Source: a virus
Taxonomy: Duplodnaviria; Caudoviricetes
DNA: 31,994 nt
Reading direction: 5' to 3' (one strand)
IMG/VR virus record: IMGVR_UViG_3300009678_000534
Location: 1 to 31,994 of that record
The translations under genes and the position numbers were made by a program. Below, in pieces: positions 10,901 to 18,402 of the stretch. The notes beneath the pieces are model-generated. The model did not search any database and was not told the origin of the DNA. It saw only the letters and a program-made list of their open reading frames with translations. Numbering within the stretch: the stretch's first letter is position 1; every line of letters starts with the position of its first letter.

Positions 10901-11434
10901 ATTAATAGAACCAGACCATGTACTAATAACCTCACCACTATTAGTTGGATAACGAATTCTTACCTTTAATGCACCACCTGTATAATACAGGTCCATGTAT
11001 GCAATAATAGGAGTAGCCCCATCATAGAATTGAGTAGCTGCCTTAGGTTTAACAACATTTAAACTTAAAAACTCTCCATCAGCCATTCCCATTGAAGCTA
11101 TATACCAAGAAATTCTTGAGATAATACCTGTGCGATTATTTAATCCAGTACGACCTCTTAGTACTAATCCACTAGTAGAACCAACTGAGAAAACATATGA
11201 AGTGCCACCCCAAGATGAAGGAATGTTTGGCAAACCCGTATTATCAAATACATCATTATAAACATTTCCTGGGTCAGCTAGCCAAACAATATCTTGCCTA
11301 TCCCCATTAGTCTTTCCACTCTGAAGAGCCGCTGCAATTTGAGCATTAGCATCCTCATATGTGATACCATAAAATGCAGCTAACAGTGCAACTAAACCAG
11401 AGATAAAAGATGTTAAACTCATCTGCTTCCTCAT
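7958..11434 (-). CDS. large exported or anchored protein: beta-sandwich + Fn3-like + heparinase II/III-like polysaccharide lyase candidate
   Basis: Hydrophobic N-terminus ending ANA; Fn3-like segment (LSPVNGATNQ...LSNGTTYY...SFTT); lyase-like motifs EGSMYG, DGDNQ, DHTQEKFSDFQMW, SNAFYVEG recalling EGxxY / HxHxDxGxF / HNT. Confidence 0.55.
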   Translation of the reverse strand: MRKQMSLTSFISGLVALLAAFYGITYEDANAQIAAALQSGKTNGDRQDIVWLADPGNVYNDVFDNTGLPNIPSSWGGTSYVFSVGSTSGLVLRGRTGLNNRTGIISRISWYIASMGMADGEFLSLNVVKPKAATQFYDGATPIIAYMDLYYTGGALKVRIRYPTNSGEVISTWSGSINPGTVFQTYLEVNLITDKLIGRVNGEEFLNYSMDPTLLQTSMQTVDTLVIGSSGGSTGRNTVFLADAILEHIIPNQGVAPSNSRILSPVNGATNQEITVPLTCAADNGPTGFEIRVETANPPVGAWNVASGGIYNPTSLSNGTTYYSQCRTTNQYGISAISAVSSFTTITPASTTTSDPLGIVTAGRQTTWSNMRTDYLADTTCQSYALDSNSRMACEWYDLGIKAANDTVSNFDGGITAAWLSNVPGESRAAWCTKSYNTSVSKGFLKYTNGANVQVNERREFAIDWLIQLDLCYGVGGWTQTQSDLFMTRLNEMATNISTIIGTSGWRCSDVDQPIAEYFFLTAYYKGFQNINPTIKTLWETTRAAQIGGTTPTTLNCTLGNVGNTGRNIVARLYGTDWQGGASTEGSMYGLTVPMLGMQGCEALRALAPEVCTEIDTYTDDSARFFPNMWFSDYKGYFQDGDNQEPHRRAMPRFSIDNVSHIIMLTGVLPDGSDRQNLYRWYKNFRATNGSARSLPNAVGGPGRSLMWGNPYATASTDLSTLPKCYTNNAGYYIYNDSRATDAAQLWYKYFPDGNLGLDHTQEKFSDFQMWHKNEYAITHLLGYGANDVLPEGSNAFYVEGLPMFTRSFIFPGQQYRKVNGFVCLSNGIYVAGTSGGLLHGPASSFGGTSYYDPPPKAVDEFTQSHVGLVSADKKYTITFNMTRIRATDPETLPKFARYLRGNGTPECNYLVTCWRSHNYMSAEQQHIQDYPRWTAFMQQWTDTLPTVDGGARTTSWFSLTGYNVKDFWLSPTTVNIDLHRVDSKIEFGFTTDGGDSIPYNVEKKYRTVIESSIADVEWNPIQRAVVAYDLGESAPIFTVLSATGGCGATLMKWGTNNNVVFIYNITQGAAIPQSFPTIAQATTALSTVRFANAETCTVPWTATTSTTQILVMDRLPSLAWTSNLNGAGAVALAEDASGFKELSATGIQAHSIVIIGS

Positions 11435-12423
11435 TATTCAGACTCTTCAAACCAAGTAAATTGACAAGCCCAGCTCTCACCGCCAACTAAAGCAGCACCA
11501 TTATAATTAATCGCAATCTGTTGTGCAACTCCACTTAATTCAACTACTGAACCAAATGGAATTAAGTTGGGGCTATACTGGTCTATAGTTAATGTTGCAG
11601 CTAGTGGCAATAAAACCTTCGCACGATTAATAGTTCCTATTGTGCTATTGATTGTAGGATTAGCAGTATAATGACCTACAGTTGGAGCAACTGATGCAAC
11701 ATCAGGGTCATGTGGAACTACAGTTCCAGCAACAAAAGTTCCACCAGTATTGGCTGCATTCCTTTTAATTAAATAGAAATCAGCATTTCTGGCCGCTGTG
11801 GCAGTGCCAAGAATACGAGCTTCGGTTACTTTAATTGTAGTAGATGCAGAACCAGTGAGAACACAATTGTCTGTTGGTGTAGCAGGAGGGGTGAAGTTAG
11901 CAGTAGTTACAGAGTATCCATTACCCTGCGCAGCTAATATAGCAGAACCAAAATTAGTAATGAATGCATTAATGGTATTTAATACAGAGGCATCTACTGT
12001 CCAAGTTCCAGCTTGTTGTGAATTTACTGAAAATGGAGTTGGTAAAAACCTACCACCTTGAGAGGAGTTAAGACTTAGTGTTACACTGCCAGTTGATATA
12101 GCAGCTACTCTTGCCCTAAACTTACTTAAGCTTCCTACTTGACAAATCCAAACACCAACATCTGAAGCAGTTCCAGAGCTTGATGATGAGACACTTGGAA
12201 TATCACAAGATACAGCAACCCACCCAGCAGTAGGATTATTAGTTACTTCAAAGGCTACAGTTAATCCAGTGAAAGTTCCAGAAACCTGGACTGATATAGC
12301 GGAGTTATTTCTAACATCTATCTCTACGTTTCCTACTGCTGTGAATGTTTGTGCTTCTGCTTTGTTTAAGCCTATGCTTATGCTTAATATAAGAAGTAAT
12401 AAAACAAATAGAATTCTTTTCAT
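11434..12423 (-). CDS. signal-peptide-bearing beta-rich protein
   Basis: MKRILFVLLLLILSISIGLNKAEA/QTF is a typical Sec/SPI signal; the rest is Ser/Thr/Ala/Gly-rich beta-type sequence. Confidence 0.75.
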   Translation of the reverse strand: MKRILFVLLLLILSISIGLNKAEAQTFTAVGNVEIDVRNNSAISVQVSGTFTGLTVAFEVTNNPTAGWVAVSCDIPSVSSSSSGTASDVGVWICQVGSLSKFRARVAAISTGSVTLSLNSSQGGRFLPTPFSVNSQQAGTWTVDASVLNTINAFITNFGSAILAAQGNGYSVTTANFTPPATPTDNCVLTGSASTTIKVTEARILGTATAARNADFYLIKRNAANTGGTFVAGTVVPHDPDVASVAPTVGHYTANPTINSTIGTINRAKVLLPLAATLTIDQYSPNLIPFGSVVELSGVAQQIAINYNGAALVGGESWACQFTWFEESE

Positions 12424-12425
12424 AA

Positions 12426-12956
12426 TTATCCTTGTGATGCATGAACTTCAATGGTATCAAAGTCAGATTCCAATTTCATATTTGGAGCATAGGCAACAAT
12501 AACAACTCTATTCTTAGTATCTTCCTGCTTTGCAGTCGTCTTTTCAATTACCTTAGCCATATTGGAAGCAATAATGCTAGCATCAGTTGCTTTCCTCACA
12601 TTTGGTACAAGCTCAGTAACCTTATCAATTGAAGCAAGCATTGCATCAATAGCTTTGGTATGAATAGTTTCAATATGTTCTGCTACTCTCCCACGAGTTG
12701 AATTCGTTTCCCCATTCTTATAGAGGTTAGCCATTTGGGGAGTTACAGCACCAAATACTCTACTCGCTTCAGCGCCTGAACTTAATGCCGCAGCTACACC
12801 TATAAGTTCTTGAACCATAGGTGGTATCTGTTTTGGTCCTTCACTTCTTGGCAGTTTTCTTACCTCCAAGTTTCCAGATTTTATGCGCTGAAGCTTGTTA
12901 ATTAAGTTATCTTCAGAGTTTACTCGTTCTAAAGCTTTCTCTTCATTATATATCAT
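12426..12956 (-). CDS. possible terminase small subunit / HTH protein
   Basis: First gene of the late operon; HTH-like SGAEASRVFGAVTPQMANLYKNG followed by helices. Mainly a positional call. Confidence 0.45.
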   Translation of the reverse strand: MIYNEEKALERVNSEDNLINKLQRIKSGNLEVRKLPRSEGPKQIPPMVQELIGVAAALSSGAEASRVFGAVTPQMANLYKNGETNSTRGRVAEHIETIHTKAIDAMLASIDKVTELVPNVRKATDASIIASNMAKVIEKTTAKQEDTKNRVVIVAYAPNMKLESDFDTIEVHASQG

Positions 12957-12997
12957 AAGATTTCTCTATGTTAATTTATACACAAGACCGTGCAGCG

Positions 12998-13027
12998 AGG
13001 GTAGCAAATCTGGGGGTGCGCTGTCAA
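12998..13027 (-). promoter_or_regulatory. sigma70-type promoter for the late operon
   Basis: Minus strand TTGACA-18 nt-TACCCT with TG at the extended -10 position, ~40 nt upstream of ORF 12956. Confidence 0.55.
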
Positions 13028-13520
13028 GCACCTACAACCTCTAGCGTAGCAAAGGTTTACAGGTGCAGCCTGTTCAATAATTGAACGTATAATTATTGAA
13101 CTGTTCGGTATTAGAGTTTTTTAATATTAAAATTTCATATTATTTGTTTTTTATATTTTTATAGTAACCCATCATGAAACCAAGCTTTAATCCTACAGGT
13201 GGGTAGATGGGACCCTTTAAAGGGAGTATACGGGGGGTATTAGAATATTGAATTGATTCACAATATGTGAAGATATGTATTCAGTATTTACTCTCAAATC
13301 AAATGGCTCATACTCTAGTATTATCATAGTTTAGCCTGTGGAAAACGCAGCTAAGTTAGGCAGATAATCAGATAGTCATTTTGAATATGAGCGTATATCT
13401 CTATCCTTCTAATACCTCAGGCCCATATTGAAGGATGCTCCTTACCACAGACCTATTAGGTAGCTTAATGAGGAAATGACCTATTCAACAAAACAGGCAT
13501 GTTTCGCCTTATGTTCTCTG

Positions 13521-13667
13521 TGTCAAACCTACCAATCAGTGTGGTAAATATACTACACCTTAAACCCTTTAGAATCAATAACTTACATATTTAGTGTGGT
13601 AAATATGCGAATCCTATTCAATCCTAACCATTCAATAGCCCTTGAATGGATTGGCATTCAATATGCT
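13521..13667 (+). promoter_or_regulatory. sigma54-type promoter module: enhancer-like boxes, IHF-like site, -24/-12
   Basis: TGT-N12-TCA (13521) and TGT-N12-ACA (13540); AATCAATAACTTA (13573-13585) matches IHF WATCAANNNNTTR; TTGGCATTCAATATGCT (13651-13667) has GG-N10-GC. Confidence 0.6.
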
Positions 13668-13679
13668 TCATGTATTGTG

Positions 13680-14247
13680 TCGGCGGTAATGAGCGGAACG
13701 CCGAATCTGATATTTGAAAATTGAATAGCGAAGGGACTAAGGCCGGACCACTACTCCAGAACAATGCAGCAATAACCTATGGATGGGTTACAGCATAAGT
13801 AAGTAAGGAGCAGGTAAACCTAGTCGGTAGCACTCAATATCTGTATTAGACAGCGCATAAAGGATAAAACTTTATGGCTCGATATTTGACTTTGGATATG
13901 ATTAAGAAAGTGTCACCTAATGCGCCAAAGGCAAAGAAAGTCTATAGCCTTTTCCGCCGAGATTTGAACGGACGATACATTCGACTAACCGAGACTGCGT
14001 ATAGTTGGGACGCTGCTAAGTTTGTCTATCAAGACAGACTAGTCGCTGCTCACAATAAAGGCAGTCACTTTGCAATTAGGCAAGTAACAGAATAAACAAT
14101 CATTGCGCTGTCGAATAGAGATATTGAGACTGCGATTAATTCTAAACCTATGAATAGGTTCCGGAAATTTGGAAGGATGCATTCCTATTCATTAACGGAG
14201 TTAATTGCACAGAGGTAAGCAGACTAGCATTAGTCCCTAGACTATTC
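13680..14247 (+). ncRNA. large nested structured RNA enclosing ORF 13874-14095
   Basis: Pairings 13723-13740/14230-14247, 13820-13825/14222-14227, 13833-13857/14104-14128 (23 of 25), 14131-14142/14198-14209 and 14150-14158/14184-14192. Confidence 0.55.
13874..14095 (+). CDS. 73-aa basic hypothetical protein
   Basis: AAGGA RBS; the ORF fills the loop of the 25-bp stem almost exactly. Confidence 0.75.
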   Translation: MARYLTLDMIKKVSPNAPKAKKVYSLFRRDLNGRYIRLTETAYSWDAAKFVYQDRLVAAHNKGSHFAIRQVTE

Positions 14248-14302
14248 GCTACACTCTGCTTGCCTCGCCTTATTGTATACCAAGTATACACCAACTTTTT
14301 GC

Positions 14303-14331
14303 TTGCATTCAAGGGAGAAGTGTGTTATACT
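14303..14331 (+). promoter_or_regulatory. sigma70-type promoter
   Basis: TTGCAT-17 nt-TATACT with extended -10 TG; palindrome TGTATAC-CAA-GTATACA at 14274-14290 just upstream. Confidence 0.7.
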
Positions 14332-14404
14332 GGTTTCAGCTTCGGATGAGTCTGGCAATTCCGCTGGACTGTCCACTAACGGCGACAATCGGAGGTAAAC
14401 GACA

Positions 14405-14785
14405 ATGGAACTACTTACAATCAAGGCGAAGACACGTGGCAAGAATACCCGCGAAGTTGAATACAAGGGTATCGGCAAGTTTGTCGGTGAAGGCGACGAA
14501 CAAAGGTTAGTTACTTCGGGAGTCTTGACCGACATTAAAGATGCATTGAGTCTTGTCGGTGGAGAAATGCAGCAGGTTCTTGATAACTTCGCTGTCGGTT
14601 TCAATCTTGAGGCTTACAAGCAGGTTAGCGATGCACTTGCAGATTACATCGAAGATTACTGGGATGATGCTCAAATCAAGGCATTCCGTTTGAGTGTTAA
14701 TTCACTGAAGGCTCTTGGAATGGAAATTGAAAAGGCTGTAGAGATTGCAAAGGCATCTCCTGCACTTGCGAAGAAAGCAGCGTAA
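14405..14785 (+). CDS. hypothetical early protein, monocistronic
   Basis: GGAGGT RBS, own promoter and terminator; ends LAKKAA. Confidence 0.85.
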   Translation: MELLTIKAKTRGKNTREVEYKGIGKFVGEGDEQRLVTSGVLTDIKDALSLVGGEMQQVLDNFAVGFNLEAYKQVSDALADYIEDYWDDAQIKAFRLSVNSLKALGMEIEKAVEIAKASPALAKKAA

Positions 14786-14802
14786 AGTAAAGTAAAGTTA
14801 AG

Positions 14803-14841
14803 ATACCCTGTGACTAGAGTATATCTAGCACAGGGTATTTT
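14803..14841 (+). terminator. intrinsic terminator
   Basis: ATACCCTGTG-A-CTAGA/TCTAG-CACAGGGTAT hairpin followed by a short T run, 17 nt after the stop. Confidence 0.6.
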
Positions 14842-14956
14842 AATATCTGATTTAATAATAGTTAGAATAGAGCAGCTATCTAACAGCATAGCTGCTGTAT
14901 TGTAACTGTTTATCTACACACTACCTACAGGCATGTATTGAACATTCTAAGAAGCA

Positions 14957-15250
14957 TGCCAATCTTTGTAAACCCTTAATTTTCAATAGTTTACAGTCAT
15001 TCTCTAGGCTTTACACTCTCACCTATCCCACATTGACCCCACCTACTTAGTGTCCACTTTAGTGGTCAGTTTGTGGGTGGGTGGTTGGAGTGTTCAATAT
15101 TTGAAATATATATATTATTATACTACACCCCACCAAACTGTCCACTTTTTAGGACATTGACAAGGTAGGGTCACTAGTGGTATACTGTGCCTGTCATGGG
15201 AGTAGTCCGTCTGTAACTCATTGATTCTAGGCAGGTTCCGGCGCTTGGCA
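14957..15250. repeat. long imperfect inverted repeat around an AT-rich core (origin-like or regulatory)
   Basis: 15034-15086 mirrors 15121-15173 (36 of 53 by hand); IHF-like 26-mers and TTGGCA boxes share the same axis (15103.5). Confidence 0.75.
15157..15186 (+). promoter_or_regulatory. strong sigma70-type promoter for the replication arm
   Basis: TTGACA-18 nt-TATACT with TG at the extended -10 position. Confidence 0.75.
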
Positions 15251-15355
15251 CGGTCCGTAACATACCTTATAAAGTGCTCTAGCTACACTGTTATACTACC
15301 GCTAGTAGGCTGTTAGCTATCAGTTATGTGAAACATAATTTGAAAGTAATAGTAA

Positions 15356-15532
15356 ATGTCTGTTAAAATTTATAGATGTAAAAAATGTAGGTGTCAGGTT
15401 CCTAATGCTTTACAGGAAGTTTGTAATCTATGTTTCACTAAAGAAGAAGAATTGAAAGAAAGAAGGAACGAAAATAAGCTAGATAGTAAAGAAAATAATA
15501 TATTTGAGTCTTTGTTGAAGAATAAACCTTAA
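15356..15532 (+). CDS. 58-aa CxxC/CxxC zinc-finger protein
   Basis: Not in track. MSVKIYRCKKCRCQVPNALQEVCNLCFTKEEELKERR...; weak RBS. Confidence 0.55.
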   Translation: MSVKIYRCKKCRCQVPNALQEVCNLCFTKEEELKERRNENKLDSKENNIFESLLKNKP

Positions 15533-15668
15533 TGGTTTAGTTGAATGCTCAATACGAATAAGCTGACAAAGGATGTTAATCATTCTGCCTAGAGATAGGC
15601 TAATGCTGAAATAAGATTGAGCATTCAATTAAGCTATTAATTCAAATAAGGAGAAAAGGTAATCAACT

Positions 15669-16343
15669 ATGTTAAAGATACAGCCTAAACTAGAATGTGA
15701 AGCATGTTCCAGCGCACCAGATGCTTGTAATAAGTGTAGCAGATTAGCTAGTCAGCATCCATTCAATGATTGTGTAATAATGCCTGATAAGGTTGTGAAG
15801 GCATTAGTTAAAGTTGGTTCATTAGCTTTATGTGTTGAATGCAGCATCAAAGAGAAGAACGTAATTCAGGCACCAAAGCAAAGCATAAGCATAAACGGTC
15901 ACAGTAACATTCCAGAACACAAAGATACACTACAGGGAAGAATCGAAACAATAGTAGAAAAGACAGTAGATAAGAGTGTAGACAGATGGCAAGACATATA
16001 CAATACAGAACGTAAAGCTTGGGTAGTTAGCAATTTCGAGAGTCAAGCAGCAATGCGTTCTAGTTTGCTTGAATTCTTAGTTACAATGGAGAATATGCAG
16101 TTTGAAGCCAAAACAAAGGCTAGAGCTGCATATGATAGTGCTAGAGAATTAGATGCTACACTCTCTAAATCAGAACGTGATGCTTTAATTAATGACCCTA
16201 ACTTCAAACCAGCAGAAAATAGTGAATTTAAGAAGCGTAAGATTCAAACTACACGTCAAAGCAAGGAAGATAAAGCACGAGCAGCATTAGAAGCATTAGG
16301 TTTAAGTGCAGAAGAAATTAGACAAGCAATGAAGGGAGCATAA
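15669..16343 (+). CDS. hypothetical protein with Cys-rich N-terminus and helical C-terminus
   Basis: CEAC, CNKC, CVEC motifs; AAGGAG upstream. Confidence 0.8.
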   Translation: MLKIQPKLECEACSSAPDACNKCSRLASQHPFNDCVIMPDKVVKALVKVGSLALCVECSIKEKNVIQAPKQSISINGHSNIPEHKDTLQGRIETIVEKTVDKSVDRWQDIYNTERKAWVVSNFESQAAMRSSLLEFLVTMENMQFEAKTKARAAYDSARELDATLSKSERDALINDPNFKPAENSEFKKRKIQTTRQSKEDKARAALEALGLSAEEIRQAMKGA

Positions 16344-16345
16344 GA

Positions 16346-16513
16346 ATGAATGAGTATGTAGATGTCCGCGGACCTTGGCCTATGTATGTAAATGGAATGA
16401 TTGCAGTAACATTGGTTGGAGAGAACAGAAACATTAGCTTACATCAAGCTAGAATTGCAGCACTAGAGATTGGACTTAAGAACAGCATTCCAACTCAGTT
16501 CTATAAGGATTAA
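16346..16513 (+). CDS. 55-aa hypothetical protein
   Basis: Not in track. GGGAG RBS; MNEYVDVRGPWPMYVNG... Confidence 0.6.
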   Translation: MNEYVDVRGPWPMYVNGMIAVTLVGENRNISLHQARIAALEIGLKNSIPTQFYKD

Positions 16514-16589
16514 CACTTTATATCCTGCACAGCTTCGCTGTCATAAGCGTATAATAAAGCGAAGCTGTGCAGTCATAAGGAGTTAAACA

Positions 16590-16742
16590 ATGCAGATAAT
16601 TAAAAAGTTAAATGGTTTCTGCGCTGTAGGTAAGCACAACGAATGTAAAGGAGTATCAAAAGGAACTAAATCAGACCCTGTAACATTCGTTTGTATATGC
16701 GAATGTCATTACAAAGGAAAGGACAATGCAACCAAAGAGTAA
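16590..16742 (+). CDS. 50-aa Cys/His micro-protein
   Basis: Not in track. AAGGAG RBS; FCAVGKHNEC...CICECH. Confidence 0.65.
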   Translation: MQIIKKLNGFCAVGKHNECKGVSKGTKSDPVTFVCICECHYKGKDNATKE

Positions 16743-18312
16743 AATACTCAAACTACCATGCCCCTATTGTGGTAAAGTTGCAGAAGAGAAGAGTAGGTTA
16801 GCATTAGGTGAGCTAACATTTGTTACTCTAGAGTGTGGACATACCATTACAGAAGATGCAATAAAAGGTAATGGATATGAGATTACATCAGCAGATGGTC
16901 GCCAACTTAAACCATTCCAGCAAGAAGGAATACAATTTGTTGAGCAAGCATCGGGGAGAGCACTTATTGCTGATGAGATGGGTTTAGGAAAGACAGTGCA
17001 GGCTTTAGGATTCCTTAAGCTGCATCCGGAATTGACACCAGCCATAATCATTGTGAAATCGAGTCTAAAGATACAGTGGTTTGGTGAAGTATTAAGATGG
17101 TGTGGGAATGACTTTCTACCTCAGATAATTGGAGATAGTAAAAGCATTCCAGTGCCAGGGTTTAAGACCTACATTATAACATATGACCTATTACGTAGGC
17201 TTAAGCCTGAAGTTAAAGAAGCATTAAAAGCAAAGACAGTAATACTAGATGAATGTCAGCAGATTAAGAACCATCTTTCTTCTAGAGCTAAAGAAGTGCA
17301 GATGCTTTGCAAGGATGTAGAGAACATACTTTGCTTAAGTGGCACACCAATTAAGAATCATAGTGGAGAATACTTTACAGTTCTTAATCTACTTAAGCCT
17401 AGACGGTTCCCATATTATGCAGACTACTTGAGAGATTACTGTGATGCATATAATAATGGATGGGCAACCAAAGTAGGTGGACTAAGGAATGTAACTAACT
17501 TTCACGAAGATACGAAGGACTTCATAATTCGTAGAAAACGAGAGGAAGTTAAGGAGCAGATTGGCTTAAACAGCACTGAAGCAGACAGACGCTTCAGACA
17601 CGTAGAGCTTGAAAAGAAATATGAGAAAGCATACAAGGAAGCTCAATCAGAGTTTGAGGAAGCATATTATAATCAAGATAAAGAGAAGGGTGGATTTGAA
17701 ATAGCAATAGCTAAGATGCAGAAGCTTAGACATATAACAGGTTTCAATAAGATTGAAGCAACAGCGGAGTTCATTGAAGAATTCTTAATGGACACTGACC
17801 CTGAGAGAAAGCTTACTATCTTTACACATCACATAGACGTAAACACTATGTTGATAGCAGCAATAAAGAGAGTTCAGTCAGCAAATGGATTACCTGAGAT
17901 AGTATTGGAGATAAATGCACAGCAGAATAGCATTCAGCGCAATGAAGTAGTAGAAAGATTCAAGAACGATGTACAAGCTAGAATCTGTGTAGCAAGCACA
18001 TTAGCAGCCGGCGAAGGATTGAATATGCAGTTCTGCGCTGACTGCATAATCATGGAAAGACAATGGAATCCAGCGAACGAAGAGCAAGTGGAAGGAAGAT
18101 TTATTAGAATAGGACAAATGAATGATGTAATTGCAACATACATGATTGCATCAGGAACGATTGATGAATTCTTCACTGAACTAGTAGAACAGAAGAGAGC
18201 AATAGTAGCAGCTACAATGGATGGAAAAGAGATACCTTGGGATGCTAAGAGTCTAATGAAGGATTTAATGGATGTATTAGCAGTCAAGGGAAGTAAGAGG
18301 TGGAAGCTGTAG
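16726..18312 (+). CDS. SNF2/HARP-like helicase with N-terminal zinc ribbon
   Basis: ADEMGLGKTVQA, ILDECQ, LSGTPIKN, GEGLN, WNPANEEQVEGRFIRIGQ; CPYC...ECGH. Confidence 0.92.
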   Translation: MQPKSKILKLPCPYCGKVAEEKSRLALGELTFVTLECGHTITEDAIKGNGYEITSADGRQLKPFQQEGIQFVEQASGRALIADEMGLGKTVQALGFLKLHPELTPAIIIVKSSLKIQWFGEVLRWCGNDFLPQIIGDSKSIPVPGFKTYIITYDLLRRLKPEVKEALKAKTVILDECQQIKNHLSSRAKEVQMLCKDVENILCLSGTPIKNHSGEYFTVLNLLKPRRFPYYADYLRDYCDAYNNGWATKVGGLRNVTNFHEDTKDFIIRRKREEVKEQIGLNSTEADRRFRHVELEKKYEKAYKEAQSEFEEAYYNQDKEKGGFEIAIAKMQKLRHITGFNKIEATAEFIEEFLMDTDPERKLTIFTHHIDVNTMLIAAIKRVQSANGLPEIVLEINAQQNSIQRNEVVERFKNDVQARICVASTLAAGEGLNMQFCADCIIMERQWNPANEEQVEGRFIRIGQMNDVIATYMIASGTIDEFFTELVEQKRAIVAATMDGKEIPWDAKSLMKDLMDVLAVKGSKRWKL

Positions 18313-18402
18313 AGAATAGGTATGTGAGCGGTCACAGAGACAGTCACATACCTACTCTTTATTTAAGTTATCAGAGTATGATGATTTAAATAAGGAGGAA
18401 AG

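Noticed and set aside
13032-13047. NrdR-box-like CTACAACCTCTAGCGT
   Set aside because: Single copy with several mismatches and no ribonucleotide reductase gene nearby.
14242-14889. ORFs 14242-, 14322+ and 14671-
   Set aside because: They overlap ORF 14405, which has the promoter, SD and terminator.
15021-15050. Leftward sigma70 promoter mirroring 15157-15186
   Set aside because: Mirror positions read CTAAGT and ATAGGT, which are not -35/-10-like.
14957-15250. attP site or transposon ends
   Set aside because: No integrase or transposase in the window and no identifiable core; not fully excluded.
12957-15668. CRISPR or mini-array in the long intergenic region
   Set aside because: Repeats are inverted or isolated, with no regularly spaced direct repeats.
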